The translations under genes and the position numbers were made by a program. A stretch of 64,000 nucleotides of DNA from Eledone cirrhosa. Taxonomy: Eukaryota. Below are positions 49,801 through 64,000 of this stretch, one piece after another. Numbering within the stretch: the stretch's first letter is position 1; each line of letters opens with the position of its first letter. The stretch is from positions 208,692,001-208,756,000 of the forward strand of contig OZ024740.1 in assembly GCA_964016885.1 (NCBI GenBank), written 5' to 3'. The notes under the pieces are model-generated. The model made no database searches and was not told the DNA's origin. It saw nothing but the letters and a program-made list of their open reading frames with translations.

Positions 49801-52800
49801 TGCACCCAAATAAAAAAGTGGGCGCCTGAATAAAAAACGGGGCACCCAAATAAAAAACGGGGCACTCCAATAAAAAACGGGCACCCAAATAAAAAACGGG
49901 GCACCCGAATAAAATACGGGCCACCCAAATAAAAAACGGGGCACCCAAATGAAAAACGGGGCACCCAAATTAAAAACGGGGCACCCATATAAAAAACGAG
50001 GCACACAAATAATAAACGGGGCACCCAATAAATAACGGACCCCCTCCAATAAAAAACGGGCACCTAAATAAAAAACGGGGCACCCAAATAAAAAACCAGC
50101 ACCCAAATAAAAAACGGACCCTCCCAATAAAAAACGGGACACCCAAATAAAAAAAGGGGGCACCCAAAATCAAAAACGTGCACCTAAATAAAAAACGGGG
50201 CGCCTAAATAAAAAACGGGGTACCCAAATAAAAAACGGGACACCCCAATAAAAAACCGTCACCCTAAATAAAAAACGGGGCACCCAAATAAAATACGGGG
50301 CACCCAAATAATAGACGGGGCACCCAATAAATAACGGACACCCCTCCCATAAAAAACCAGCACCCAAATCAAAAACGGACCCTCCCAATAAAAAACGGGC
50401 ACCCAAATTAAAAACGGGGCACCCAAATAAAAAAACGGACCCCCCCATAAAAAAACAGGGCACCCAAATAAAAACAGGGCACCCAAATAAAAACAGGGCA
50501 CCCATATAAAAAACGGACCTCCCAATAAAAAACGTGCACCCAAATAAAAAACAGGGTACCCAAATTAAAAACGGGGCACCCAAATAAAAAACGGACCCCC
50601 AATAAAAAAACATGCCACCCAAATAAAAACAGGGCACCCATATAAAAAACGGACCTGCCAATAGAAAACGGGCACACAAATAAAAAAACGGGACACCCAA
50701 ATAAAATAACGGACCCGACATAAGAAATGGGCACCCAAATAAAAAAAGGAGGCACCCAAATAAAAAACGGGGCATCGAAATAAAAAACAGACCCACTCAA
50801 ATAAAAAAAACGGGACACCCAATAAAAAACGAACCCCCCTCCAATAAAAAACGGGCACCTAAATAAAAAACGGGGCACCCAAATAAAAAACGGGCACCCA
50901 AATAAAAACGGGCACCCAAATAAAAAACGGGCAACCAAATTAAAAACGAGGCACCCAAATTAAAAAAAGGATCCCCCCATAAAAAAACAGGGAACCCAAA
51001 TAAAAACAGGGAACCCATATAAAAAACGGACCTCCCAATAAAAAACCGGGCACTCAAATAAAAAAACGGGACACCCAAATAAAAAAACGGACCCCACATA
51101 AGAAACAGGCACACAAATAAAAAAACGGGCCACCCAAATAAAAAACGGGGCATCTAAATAAAAAACAGACCACCTAAAATAACAAAAACGGGGCACCCAA
51201 ATAAAAAGGTGCACCCAAATAAAAAACGGGGCACCCAAATAAAAAACGGGGCCCCCTCCCATAAAAAACGGGCACCCAAATAAAAAACGGGACACCCAAA
51301 TAAAAAACGGGGCACCCAAATAATAAACGGGGCACCCAATAAATAACGGACCCCCCTCCAATAAAAAACGGGCACCCAAATAAAATTCGGGGCACCCACA
51401 TAATAAACGGGGCACCCAATAAATAACGGACCCCCATCCAATTAAAAACGGGCACCCAAATAAAAAACGGGGCATCCAAATCTGAAATGGGGCACCCAAA
51501 TAAAAAAACGGGGCACCCAAATAATAAACGGGGCACCCAATAAAAAACGGACACCCCTCCAATAAAAAACGGGCACCCAAATAAAAAACGGGGCACCCAA
51601 ATAAAATACGGGGCACCCAAATAAAAAAGGGGGCACCCAAATGAAAAACGGGGCACCCAAATTAAACAGGGGGCACCCATATAAAAAACGAGGCACACAA
51701 ATAATAAATAATAAACAGGGCACCCAATAAATAACGGACACCTCCAATAAAAAACGGGCACCTAAATAAAAAGTGGGCCCCCAAATAAAAAACCGGCACC
51801 CAAATAAAAAACAGACCCTCCCAATATAAAACGGGACACCCAAATAAAAAAGGGGGCACCCAAAACAAAAAACGTGCACCCAAATAAAAAAGTGGGCGCC
51901 TGAATAAAAAACGGGGCACCCAAATAAAAAACGGGGCACTCCAATAAAAAACGGGGCACCCAAGTAAAAAACGGACCCTCCCAATAAAAAACGGGACACC
52001 CAAATAAAATAACGGACCCGACATAAGAAATGGGCACCCAAATAAAAAACGGGGCACCCAAATAAAAAACGGGGCATCCAAATAAAAAACAGACCCACTC
52101 AAATAAAAAAAACGGGACACCCAATAAAAACCGAACCCCCCCTCCAATAAAAAACGGGCACCTAAATAAAAAACGGGGCACCCAAATGAAAAAACGGGCA
52201 CCCAAATAAAAACGGGCACCCAAATAAAAAACGGGCAACCAAATTAAAAACGAGGCACCCAAATTAAAAAAAAGGATCCCCCCATAAAAATACAGGGAAC
52301 CCAAATAAAAACAGGGAACCCATATAAAAAACGCACCTCCCAATAAAAAACCGGGCACCCAAATAAAAAAACGGGACACCCAAATAAAAAAACGGACCCC
52401 ACATAAGAAACGGGCACCCAAATAAAAAAACGGGCCACCCAAATAAAAAACGGGGCATCTAAATAAAAAACAGACCGCCTCAAATAACAAAAACGGGGCA
52501 CCCAAATAATAAACGGGGCACCCAATAAATAACGGACCCCCTCCAATAAAAAACGGGCACCCAAATAAAATTCGGGGCACCCACATAATAAACGGGGCAC
52601 CCAATAAATAACGGACCCCCATCCAATTAAAAACGGGCACCCAAATAAAAAACGGGGCATCCAAATCAGAAATGGGGCACCCAAATAAAAAAACGGGGCA
52701 CCCAAATAATAAACGGGGCACCCAATAAAAAACGGACACCCCTCCAATAAAAAACGGGCACCCAAATAAAAAACGGGGCACCCAAATAAAATACGGGGCA

Positions 52801-55800
52801 CCCAAATAAAAAAGGGGGCACCCAAATAAAAAAGGGGGCACCCAAATGAAAAACGGGGCACCCAAATTAAACAGGGGGCACCCATATAAAAAACAGACCC
52901 TCCCAATAAAAAACGGGACACCCAAATAAAAAAGGGGGCACCCAAAACAAAAAACGTGCACCCAAATAAAAAAGTGGGCGCCTGAATAAAAAACGGGGCA
53001 CCCAAATAAAAAACGGAGCACTCCAATAAAAATCCAGCACCCAAATCAAAAACGGACCCTCCCAATAAAAAACGGGCACACAAATTCAAAACGGGGCACC
53101 CAAATAAAAAACGGACCACCCCGTCAAAAAACAGGGCACCCAAATAAAAAACGGGGCATCCAAATAAAAACAGATCCCCTCAAATAAAAAAATCGGGGCA
53201 CCCAATAAAAAACGGATCCCCCTCCAATAAAAAACGGGCACCCAAATAAAAAAGGGACACCCAAATAGAAAACGGGGCACCCCCCCAAAACGGGGCACCC
53301 CCCCAAAACGGGGCACCCCCCCAAAACGGGGCACCCAAATAATAAACAGGGCACCCAATAAATAACGGACCCCCTCCAATAAAAAACGAGCACCTAAATA
53401 AAAAACGGGGCACCCAAATAAAAAACGGGCACCCAAATAAAAACGGGCACCCAAATAAAAAACGGGACACCCAAATAAATAACGGGGCACCCAAATAAAA
53501 AACGGGCACCCAAATAAAAAACGGGCACCCAAATAAAAAACGGGACACCCAAATAAATAACGGGGCACCCAAATAAAAAACGGGACAACCAACTAACCCC
53601 CCCATAGAAAACGAGCCCCCTAAAAAAACGGGGCACTAAAAAAAATAACCGACCCATCGTAAAAAACGGGCATCCAAATAAAAACGGGGTACCCCAAAAA
53701 AAAGCGGGGCACCCAAATACAAAACGGACCCCCCAATAAAAAACGTGCACCCAAATAAAAAACTGACACCCAAATAAAAAACGGGACACCCATATAATAA
53801 ACGGGGCACCCAATAAATAACGGACCCCACTCCAATAAAAAACGGGCACCCAAATAAAAAATGGGGCATCCAAATAAAAAATGGGGCACCCAAATAAAAA
53901 ATGAGGCAACCAAATAATAAACGGGGCACCCAATAAAAAACGGACCCCCCTCCAATAAAAAACGGGCACCCAAATAAAATACGGGGCACCCAAATAAAAA
54001 AACGGGGCACCCAAATGAAAAACGGGGCACCCATATAAAAAACGAGGCACACAAATAATAAACGGGCACCCAATAAATAACGGACCCCTCCAATAAAAAA
54101 CGGGCACCTAAATGAAAAACGGGGCACCCAAATAAAAAACCGGCACCCAAATAAAAAACGGACCCTCCCAATAAAAAACGGGACACCCAAATAAAAAAAG
54201 GGGGCACCAAAAATAAAAAACGTGCACCCAAATAAAAAAGGGGGCGCCTAAATAAAAAACGGGGCACCCAAATAATAAACGGGGCACCCAATAGATAACG
54301 GTCCCTCCTCCAATAAAAAAGGGGCACCTAAATAAAAAACGGGGCACCCCAATAAAAAACCAGCACCCAAATCAAAAACGGACCCTCCCAATAAAAAACG
54401 GGCACCCAAATAAAAAACGGGACACCCAAATAAAAAATGGGGCACCCAAATAATAAACATGGCACCCAATAAATAATGGACCCCTCCAATAAATAGCGGG
54501 CACCAAATAAAAAACGGGCACCCAAATAAAAAACGGGGCATCCAAATAAAAAACGTCCCCCCCCGTAGAAAACGAGCCCCGTAAAAAACCGGGCACTCAA
54601 ATAAAAACCCGACCCTCCCATAAAAAACGGGCACCCAAATAAAAAACGGGGCAACCAAATAAAAAACGGGACACCCAAATAAATAACGGGGCACCCAAAT
54701 AAAAAACGGGACAACCAACTAAACCCCCATAGAAAACGAGCCCCCTAAAAAAACGGGGCACTAAAAAATAACCGACCCACCATAAAAAACGGTCATCCAA
54801 ATAAAAACGGGGTACCCCCCAAAAAAGCGGGACACCCAAATACAAAACGGACCCCCCAATAAAAAACGTGCACCCAAATAAAAAACTGACACCCAAATAA
54901 AAAACGGGCACCCAAATAAAAAACGGGGCATCCAAATAAAAAACGTCCCCCCCGTAGAAAACGAGCCCCGTAAAAAACCGGGCACTCAAATAAAAACCCG
55001 ACCTTCCCATAAAAACGGGCACCCAAATAAAAAACGGGGCAACCAAATAAAAAACGGGACACTCAAATAAATAACGGGGCACCCAAATAAAAAACGGGAC
55101 AACCAACTAAACCCCCATAGAAAACGAGCCCCCTAAAAAAACGGGGCACTAAAAAAATAACCGACCCACCATAAAAAACGGTCATCCAAATAAAAACGGG
55201 GTACCCCCCAAAAAAGCGGGGCACCCAAATACAAAACGGACCCCCCAATAAAAAACGTGCACCCAAATAAAAAACTGACACCCAAATAAAAAACGGGACA
55301 CCCATATAATAAACGGGGCACCCAATAAATAACGGACACCCCTCCCATAAAAAACCTGCACCCAAATCAAAAACGGACCCTCCCAATAAAAAACGGGCAC
55401 CCAAATTAAAAACGGGGCACCAAAATAAAAAAACGGACCCCCTCATAAAAAAACAGGGCACCCAAATAAAAACAGGGCACCCATATAAAAAACGGACCTC
55501 CCAATAAAAAACGTGCACCCAAATAAAAAACAGGGTACCCAAATTAAAAACGGGGCACCCAAATGAAAAACGGAACCCCAATAAAAATCATGCCACCCAA
55601 ATAAAAACAGGGCCCCATATAAAAAACGGACCTGCCAATAGAAAACGGGCACACAAATAAAAAAACGGGACACCCAAATAAAATAACGGACCCGACATAA
55701 GAAATGGGCACCCAAATAAAAAACGGGGCACCCAAATAAAAAACGGGGCATCCAAATAAAAAACAGACCACTCAAATAAAAAAAACGGGACACTCAATAA

Positions 55801-58800
55801 AAAACGAACCCCCCTCCAATAAAAAACGGGACACTCAATAAAAAACGAACCCCCCTCCAATAAAAAACGGGCACCTAAATAAAAAACGGGATACCCAAAT
55901 AAAAAAGGGGCAACCAAATAAAAACGGGCACTCAAATAAAAAACGGGCAACCAAATTAAAAACGAGGCACCCAAATAAAAAAACGGATCCCCCATAAAAA
56001 AACAGGGAACCCAAATAAAAACAGGGAACCCATATAAAAAACGGACCTCCCAATAAAAAACCGGGCACCCAAATAAAAAAACGGGACACCCAAATACAAA
56101 AACGGACCCCACATAAGAAACGGGCACCCAAATAAAAAAACGGGCCACCCAAATAAAAAACGGGGCATCTAAATAAAAAACAGACCGCCTCAAATAACAA
56201 AAACGGGGCACCCAAATAAAAAGGTGCACCCAAATAAAAAACGGGGCACCCAAATAAAAAACGGGGCCACCTCCAATAAAAAACGGGGCCACCTCCAATA
56301 AAAAACGGGCACCCAAATAAAAAACGGGACACCCAAATAAAAAACGGGGCACCCAAATAATAAACGGGGCACCCAATAAATAACGGACCCCCCTCCAATA
56401 AAAAACGGGCACCCAAATAAAATTCGGGGCACCCACATAATAAACGGGGCACCTAATAAATAACGGACCCCCATCCAATTAAAAACGGGTACCCAAATAA
56501 AAAACGGGGCACCCAAATATAAAACGGGGCCCCCTCCAATAAAAAACGGGGCATCCAAATCAGAAATGGGGCACCCAAATAAAAAAACGGGGCACCCAAA
56601 TAATAAACGGGGCACCCAATAAAAAACAGACACCCCTCCAATAAAAAACGGACCCCCAAATAAAAAACGGGGCACCCAAATAAAATACGGGGCACCCAAA
56701 TAAAAAACGGGGCACCCAAATGAAAAACGGGGCACACAAATTAAACAGGGGGCACCCATATAAAAAATGAGGCAACCAAATAATAAACGGGGCACCCAAT
56801 AAAAAACGGACCCCCCTCCAATAAAAAACGGGCACCCAAATAAAAAACGGGGCACTCAAATAAAATACGGGGCACCCAAATAAAAAAACGGGGCACCCAA
56901 ATGAAAAACGGGGCACCCATATAAAAAACGAGGCACACAAATAATAAACGGGCACCCAATAAATAACGGACCCCTCCAATAAAAAACGGGCACCTAAATG
57001 AAAAACGGGGCACCCAAATAAAAAACCGGCACCCAAATAAAAAACGGACCCTCCCAATAAAAAACGGGACACCCAAATAAAAAAAGGGGGCACCAAAAAT
57101 AAAAAACGTGCACCCAAATAAAAAAGGGGGCGCCTAAATAAAAAACGGGGCACCCAAATAATAAACGGGGCACCCAATAAATAACGGACCCTCCTCCAAT
57201 AAAAAAGGGGCACCTAAATAAAAAACGGGGCACCCAAATAAAAAACGGGGCACCCCAATAAAAAACCAGCACCCAAATCAAAAACGGACCCTCCCAATAA
57301 AAAACGGGCACCCAAATAAAAAACGGGACACCCAAATAAAAAATGGGGCACCCAAATAATAAACATGGCACCCAATAAATAATGGACCCCCCTCCAATAA
57401 ATAGCGGGCACCAAATAAAAAACGGGCACCCAAATAAAAAACGGGGCATCCAAATAAAAAACGTCCCCCCCGTAGAAAACGAGCCCCGTAAAAAACCGGG
57501 CACTCAAATAAAAACCCGACCCTCCCATAAAAAACGGGCACCCAAATAAAAAACGGGGCAACCAAATAAAAAACGGGACACCCAAATAAATAACGGGGCA
57601 CCCAAATAAAAAACGGGACAACCAACTAACCCCCCATAGAAAACGAGCCCCCTAAAAAAACGGGGCACTAAAAAAAATAACCGACCCACCATAAAAAACG
57701 GGCATCCATATAAAAACGGGGTACCCCCAAAAAAAGCGGGGCACCCAAATACAAAACGGACCCCCCAATAAAAAACGTGCACCCAAATAAAAAACAGACA
57801 CCCAAATAAAAAACGGGACACCCATATAATAAACGGGGCACCCAATAAATAACGGACACCCCTCCCATAAAAAACCTGCACCCAAATCAAAAACGGACCC
57901 TCCCAATAAAAAACGGGCACCCAAATTAAAAACGGAGCACCCAAATAAAAAAACGGACCCCCCCATAAAAAAACAGGGCACCCAAATAAAAACAGGGCAC
58001 CCATATAAAAAACGGACCTCCCAATAAAAAACGTGCACCCAAATAAAAAACAGGGTACCCAAATTAAAAACGGGGCACCCAAATAAAAAACGGAACCCCA
58101 ATAAAAAAACATGCCACCCAAATAAAAACAGGGCCCCATATAAAAAACGGACCTGCCAATAGAAAACGGGCACACAAATAAAAAAACGGGACACCCAAAT
58201 AAAATAACGGACCCGACATAAGAAATGGGCACCCAAATAAAAAACGGGGCATCCAAATAAAAAACAGACCCACTCAAATAAAAAAAACGGGACACTCAAT
58301 AAAAAACGAACCCCCCTCCAATAAAAAACGGGCACCTAAATAAAAAACGGGGCACCCAAATAAAAAACGGGCAGCCAAATAAAAACGGGCACTCAAATAA
58401 AAAACGGGGCATCCAAATAAAAAACGTCCCCCCCCCCGTAGAAAACGAGCCCCGTAAAAAACCGGGCACTCAAATAAAAACCCGACCCTCCCATAAAAAA
58501 CGGGCACCCAAATAAAAAACGGGGCAACCAAATAAAAAACGGGACACCCAAATAAATAACGGGGCACCAAAATAAAATACGGGACAACCAACTAACCCCC
58601 CATAGAAAACGAGCCCCCTCAAAAAACGGGGCACTAAAAAAAATAACCGACCCACCATAAAAAACGGGCATCCAAATAAAAAAAGGGGGCACCCAAAATC
58701 AAAAACGTGCACCTAAATAAAAAACGGGGCGCCTAAATAAAAAACGGGGTACCCAAATAAAAAACGGGACACCCAAATAAAAAAACGGGGCACCCAAATA

Positions 58801-61800
58801 CAAAACGGACCCCCCCAATAAAAAACGTGCACCCAAATAAAAAACTGACACCCAAATAAAAAATGGGACACCCATATAATAAACGGGGCACCCAATAAAT
58901 AACGGACACCCCTCCCATAAAAAACCAGCACCCAAATCAAAAACGGACCCTCCCAATAAAAAACGGGCACCCAAATTAAAAACGGGGCACCCAAATAAAA
59001 AAATGGACCCCCCATAAAAAAACAGGGCACCCAAATAAAAACAGGGCACCCATATAAAAAACGGACCTCCCAATAAAAAACGTGCACCCAAATAAAAAAC
59101 AGGGTACTCAAATTAAAAACGGGGCACCCAAATCAAAAACGGACCCCCAATAAAAAAAATTGCCACCCAAATAAAAACAGGGCACCCAAATAAAAAACGG
59201 GGCCACCTCCAATAAAAAACGGGCACCCAAATAAAAAACGGGACACTCAAATAAAAAACGGGGCACCCAAATAATAAACGGGGCACCCAATAAATAACGG
59301 ACCCCCCTCCAATAAAAAACGGGCACCCAAATAAAATTCGGGGCATCCACATAAAAAACGGGGCACCTAATAAATAACGGACCCCCATCCAATTAAAAAC
59401 GGGTACCCAAATAAAATACGGGGCACCCAAATAAAAACGGGGCCCCCTCCAATAAAAAACGGGGCATCCAAATCAGAAATGGGGCACCCAAATAAAAAAA
59501 CGGGGCACCCAAATAATAAACGGGGCACCCAATAAAAAACGGACACCCCTCCAATAAAAAACGGACCCCCAAATAAAAAACGGGGCACCCAAATAAAATA
59601 CGGGGCACCCAAATAAAAAAGGGGGCACCCAAATGAAAAACGGGGCACACAAATTAAACAGGGGGCACCCATATAAAAAATGAGGCAACCAAATAATAAA
59701 CGGGGCACCCAATAAAAAACGGACCCCCCTCCAATAAAAAACGGGCACCCAAATAAAAAACGGGGCACTCAAATAAAATACGGGGCACCCATATAAAAAA
59801 CGAGGCACACAAATAATAAACAGGCACCCAATAAATAACGGACCCCTCCAATAAAATACGGGCACCTAAATGAAAAACGGGGCACCCAAATAAAAAACCG
59901 GCACCCAAATAAAAAACGGACCCTCCCAATAAAAAACGGGAAACCCAAATAAAAAAAGGGGGCACCAAAAATAAAAAACGTGCACCCAAATAAAAAAGGG
60001 GGCGCCTAAATAAAAAACGGGGCACCCAAATAATAAACGGGGCACCCAATAAATAACGGACCCTCCTCCAATAAAAAAGGGGCACCTAAATAAAAAACGG
60101 GGCACCCAAATAAAAAACGGGGCACCCCAATAAAAAACGGGCACCCAAATAAAAAACGGGACACCCAAATAAAAAATGGGGTACCCAAATAATAAACATG
60201 GCACCCAATAAATAATGGACCCCCCTCCAATAAATAGCGGGCACCAAATAAAAAACGGGCACCCAAATAAAAAACGGGGCATCCAAATAAAAAACGTCCC
60301 CCCCGTAGAAAACGAGCCCCGTAAAAAACCGGGCACTCAAATAAAAACCCGACCCTCCCATAAAAAACGGACACCCAAATAAAAAAAGGGGCAACCAAAT
60401 AAAAAACGGGACACCCAAATAAATAACGGGGCACCCAAATAAAAAACGGGACAACCAACTAAACCCCCATAGAAAACGAGCCCCCTAAAAAAACGGGGCA
60501 CTAAAAAAATAACCGACCCACCATAAAAAACGGTCATCCAAATAAAAACGGGGTACCCCCAAAAAAGCGGGGCACCCAAATACAAAACGGACCCCCCAAT
60601 AAAAAACGTGCACCCAAATAAAAAACTGACACCCAAATAAAAAACGGGACACCCATATAATAAACGGGGCACCCAATAAATAACGGACACCCCTCCCATA
60701 AAAAACCTGCACCCAAATCAAAAACGGACCCTCCCAATAAAAAACGGGCACCCAAATTAAAAACGGAGCACCCAAATAAAAAAACGGACCCCCCCATAAA
60801 AAAACAGGGCACCCAAATAAAAACAGGGCACCCATATAAAAAACGGACCTCCCAATAAAAAACGTGCACCCAAATAAAAAACAGGGTACCCAAATTAAAA
60901 ACGGGGCACCCAAATAAAAAACGGAACCCCGATAAAAAAACATGCCACCCAAATAAAAACAGGGCCCCATATAAAAAACGGACCTGCCAATAGAAAACGG
61001 GCACACAAATAAAAAAACGGGACACCCAAATAAAATAACGGACCCGACATAAGAAATGGGCACCCAAATAAAAAACGGGGCACCCAAATAAAAAACGGGG
61101 CATCCAAATAAAAAACAGACCCACTCAAATAAAAAAAACGGGACACTCAATAAAAAACGAACCCCCCTCCAATAAAAAACGGGCACCTAAATAAAAAACG
61201 GGGCACCCAAATAAAAAACGGGCAACCAAATAAAAACGGGCACTCAAATAAAAAACGGGCAACCAAATTAAAAACGAGGCACCCAAATAAAAAAACGGAT
61301 CCCCCCATAAAAAAACAGGGAACCCAAATAAAAACAGGGAACCCATATAAAAAACGGACCTCCCAATAAAAAACCGGGCACCCAAATAAAAAAACGGGAC
61401 ACCCAAATAAAAAAACGGACCCCACATAAGAAACGGGCACCCAAATAAAAAAACGGGCCATCCAAATAAAAAACGGGGCATCTAAATAAAAAACAGACCG
61501 CCTCAAATATCAAAAACTGGGCAGCCAAATAAAAACGGACACCCCTCCAATAACAAAACGGGCACCCAAATAAAAAACGGGGCACCCAAATAAAATACGG
61601 GGCACCCAAATAAAAAAGGGGGCACCCAAATGAAAAACGGGGCACACAAATTAAACAGGGGGCACCCATATAAAAAACGAGGCACACAAATAATAAACGG
61701 GGCACCCAATAAATAACGGACCCCTCCAATAAAAATTGGGCACCTAAATAAAAAGTGGGCCTCCAAATAAAAAACCAGCACCCAAATAAAAAACAGACCC

Positions 61801-64000
61801 TCCCAATAAAAAACGGGACACCCAAATAAAAAAGGGGGCACCCAAAACAAAAAACGTGCACCCAAATAAAAAAGAGGGCGCCTGAAGAAAAAACGGGGCA
61901 CCCAAATAAAAAACGGGGCACTCCAATAAAAATCCAGCACCCAAATCAAAAACGGACCCTCCCAATAAAAAACGGGCACCCAAATTCAAAACGGGGCACC
62001 CAAATAAAAAACGGACCACCCCGTCAAAAAACAGGGCACCCAAATAAAAAAACGGGGCATCCAAATAAAAACAGATCCCCTCAAATAAAAAAATCGGGCA
62101 CCCAATAAAAAACGGATCCCCCTCCAATAAAAAACGGGCACCCAAATAAAAAAGGGGGCACCCAAATAAAAAACGGGGCACCCCCCCAAAACGGGGCACC
62201 CAAATAATAAACGGGCACCCAATAAATAACGGACCCCTCCAATAAAAAACGGGCACCTAAATGAAAAACGGGGCACCCAAATAAAAAACCGGCACCCAAA
62301 TAAAAAACGGACCCTCCCAATAAAAAACGGGACACCCAAATAAAAAAAGGGGGCACCAAAAATAAAAAACGTGCACCCAAATAAAAAAGGGGGCGCCTAA
62401 ATAAAAAACGGGGCACCCAAATAATAAACGGGGCACCCAATAAATAACGGACCCTCCTCCAATAAAAAAGGGGCACCTAAATAAAAAACGGGGCACCCAA
62501 ATAAAAAACGGGGCACCCCAATAAAAAACCAGCACCCAAATCAAAAACGGACCCTCCCAATAAAAAACGGGCACCCAAATAAAAAACGGGACACCCAAAT
62601 AAAAAATGGGGTACCCAAATAATAAACATGGCACCCAATAAATAATGGACCCCCCTCCAATAAATAGCGGGCACCAAATAAAAAACGGGCACCCAAATAA
62701 AAAACGGGGCATCCAAATAAAAAACGTCCCCCCCGTAGAAAACGAGCCCCGTAAAAAACCGGGCACTCAAATAAAAACCCGACCCTCCCATAAAAAACGG
62801 ACACCCAAATAAAAAACGGGGCAACCAAATAAAAAACGGGACACCCAAATAAATAACGGGGCACCCAAATAAAAAACGGGACAACCAACTAAACCCCCAT
62901 AGAAAACGAGCCCCCTAAAAAAACGGGGCACTAAAAAAATAACCGACCCACCATAAAAAACGGTCATCCAAATAAAAACGGGGTACCCCCCAAAAAAGCG
63001 GGGCACCCAAATACAAAACGGACCCCCCAATAAAAAACGTGCACCCAAATAAAAAACTGACACCCAAATAAAAAACGGGACACCCATATAATAAACGGGG
63101 CACCCAATAAATAACGGACACCCCTCCCATAAAAAACCTGCACCCAAATCAAAAACGGACCCTCCCAATAAAAAACGGGCACCCAAATTAAAAACGGAGC
63201 ACCCAAATAAAAAAACGGACCCTCCCCATAAAAAAACAGGGCACCCAAATAAAAACAGGGCACCCATATAAAAAACGGACCTCCCAATAAAAAACGTGCA
63301 CCCAAATAAAAAACAGGGTACCCAAATTAAAAACGGGGCACCCAAATAAAAAACGGAACCCCGATAAAAAAACATGCCACCCAAATAAAAACAGGGCCCC
63401 ATATAAAAAACGGACCTGCCAATAGAAAACGGGCACACAAATAAAAAAACGGGACACCCAAATAAAATAACGGACCCGACATAAGAAATGGGCACCCAAA
63501 TAAAGAACGGGGCACCCAAATAAAAAACGGGGCATCCAAATAAAAAACAGACCCACTCAAATAAAAAAAACGGGACACTCAATAAAAAACGAACCCCCTC
63601 CAATAAAAAACGGGCACCTAAATAAAAAACGGGGCACCCAAATAAAAAACGGGCAACCAAATAAAAACGGGCACTCAAATAAAAAACGGGCAACCAAATT
63701 AAAAACGAGGCACCCAAATAAAAAAACGGATCCCCCCATAAAAAAACAGGGAACCCAAATAAAAACAGGGAACCCATATAAAAAACGGACCTCCCAATAA
63801 AAAACCGGACACCCAAATAAAAAAACGGGACACCCAAATAAAAAAACGGACCCCACATAAGAAACGGGCACCCAAATAAAAAAACGGGCCACCCAAATAA
63901 AAAACGGGGCATCTAAATAAAAAACAGACCGCCTCAAATATCAAAAACTGGGCAGCCAAATAAAAACGGACACCCCTCCAATAAAAAACGGGCACCCAAA
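34862..64000. repeat. ~20-bp satellite array (>29 kb, runs off the window) with higher-order duplications
   Basis: Monomer cggggcacccaaataaaaaa with the variant cggacccc(t)ccaataaaaaa; single orientation throughout. Confidence 0.98.

Noticed and set aside
34767-63995. Hundreds of overlapping minus-strand ORFs (FFIWVPRFLFGCPVFYLGAP...) up to 541 aa
   Set aside because: Open in all three frames because the A-poor satellite strand rarely forms stops; translation artefact

Overview
Repeat-saturated, AT-rich animal DNA with no recognisable host gene. The SINE, RTE and microsatellite repertoire suggests an octopus or other cephalopod (inference). Bases 1-34.8 kb are a graveyard of decayed LINEs (RTE including a PHD-finger type, CR1, a CRE remnant, three Tx1/L1 copies of which one is near full length), SINEs, MITEs, a Helitron end, ~80-bp and 47-bp minisatellites and many fold-back inverted repeats. 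From ~34.86 kb to the end lies a >29-kb satellite of ~20-bp monomers with kb-scale higher-order duplications; its many minus-strand ORFs are artefacts. The most interesting signal is a set of sequence-unrelated type I hammerhead ribozyme motifs beside (TA)n microsatellites at 19.5-33.3 kb. The best is an intact minimal hammerhead inside a ~272-nt unit with 24-bp terminal redundancy (31339-31634, minus strand), the signature of a Penelope-associated retrozyme with a circular RNA intermediate. A second candidate is a 34-nt intron-like segment whose removal would delete a stop codon and fuse the frame upstream of Tx1 ORF2 in frame to ORF2.
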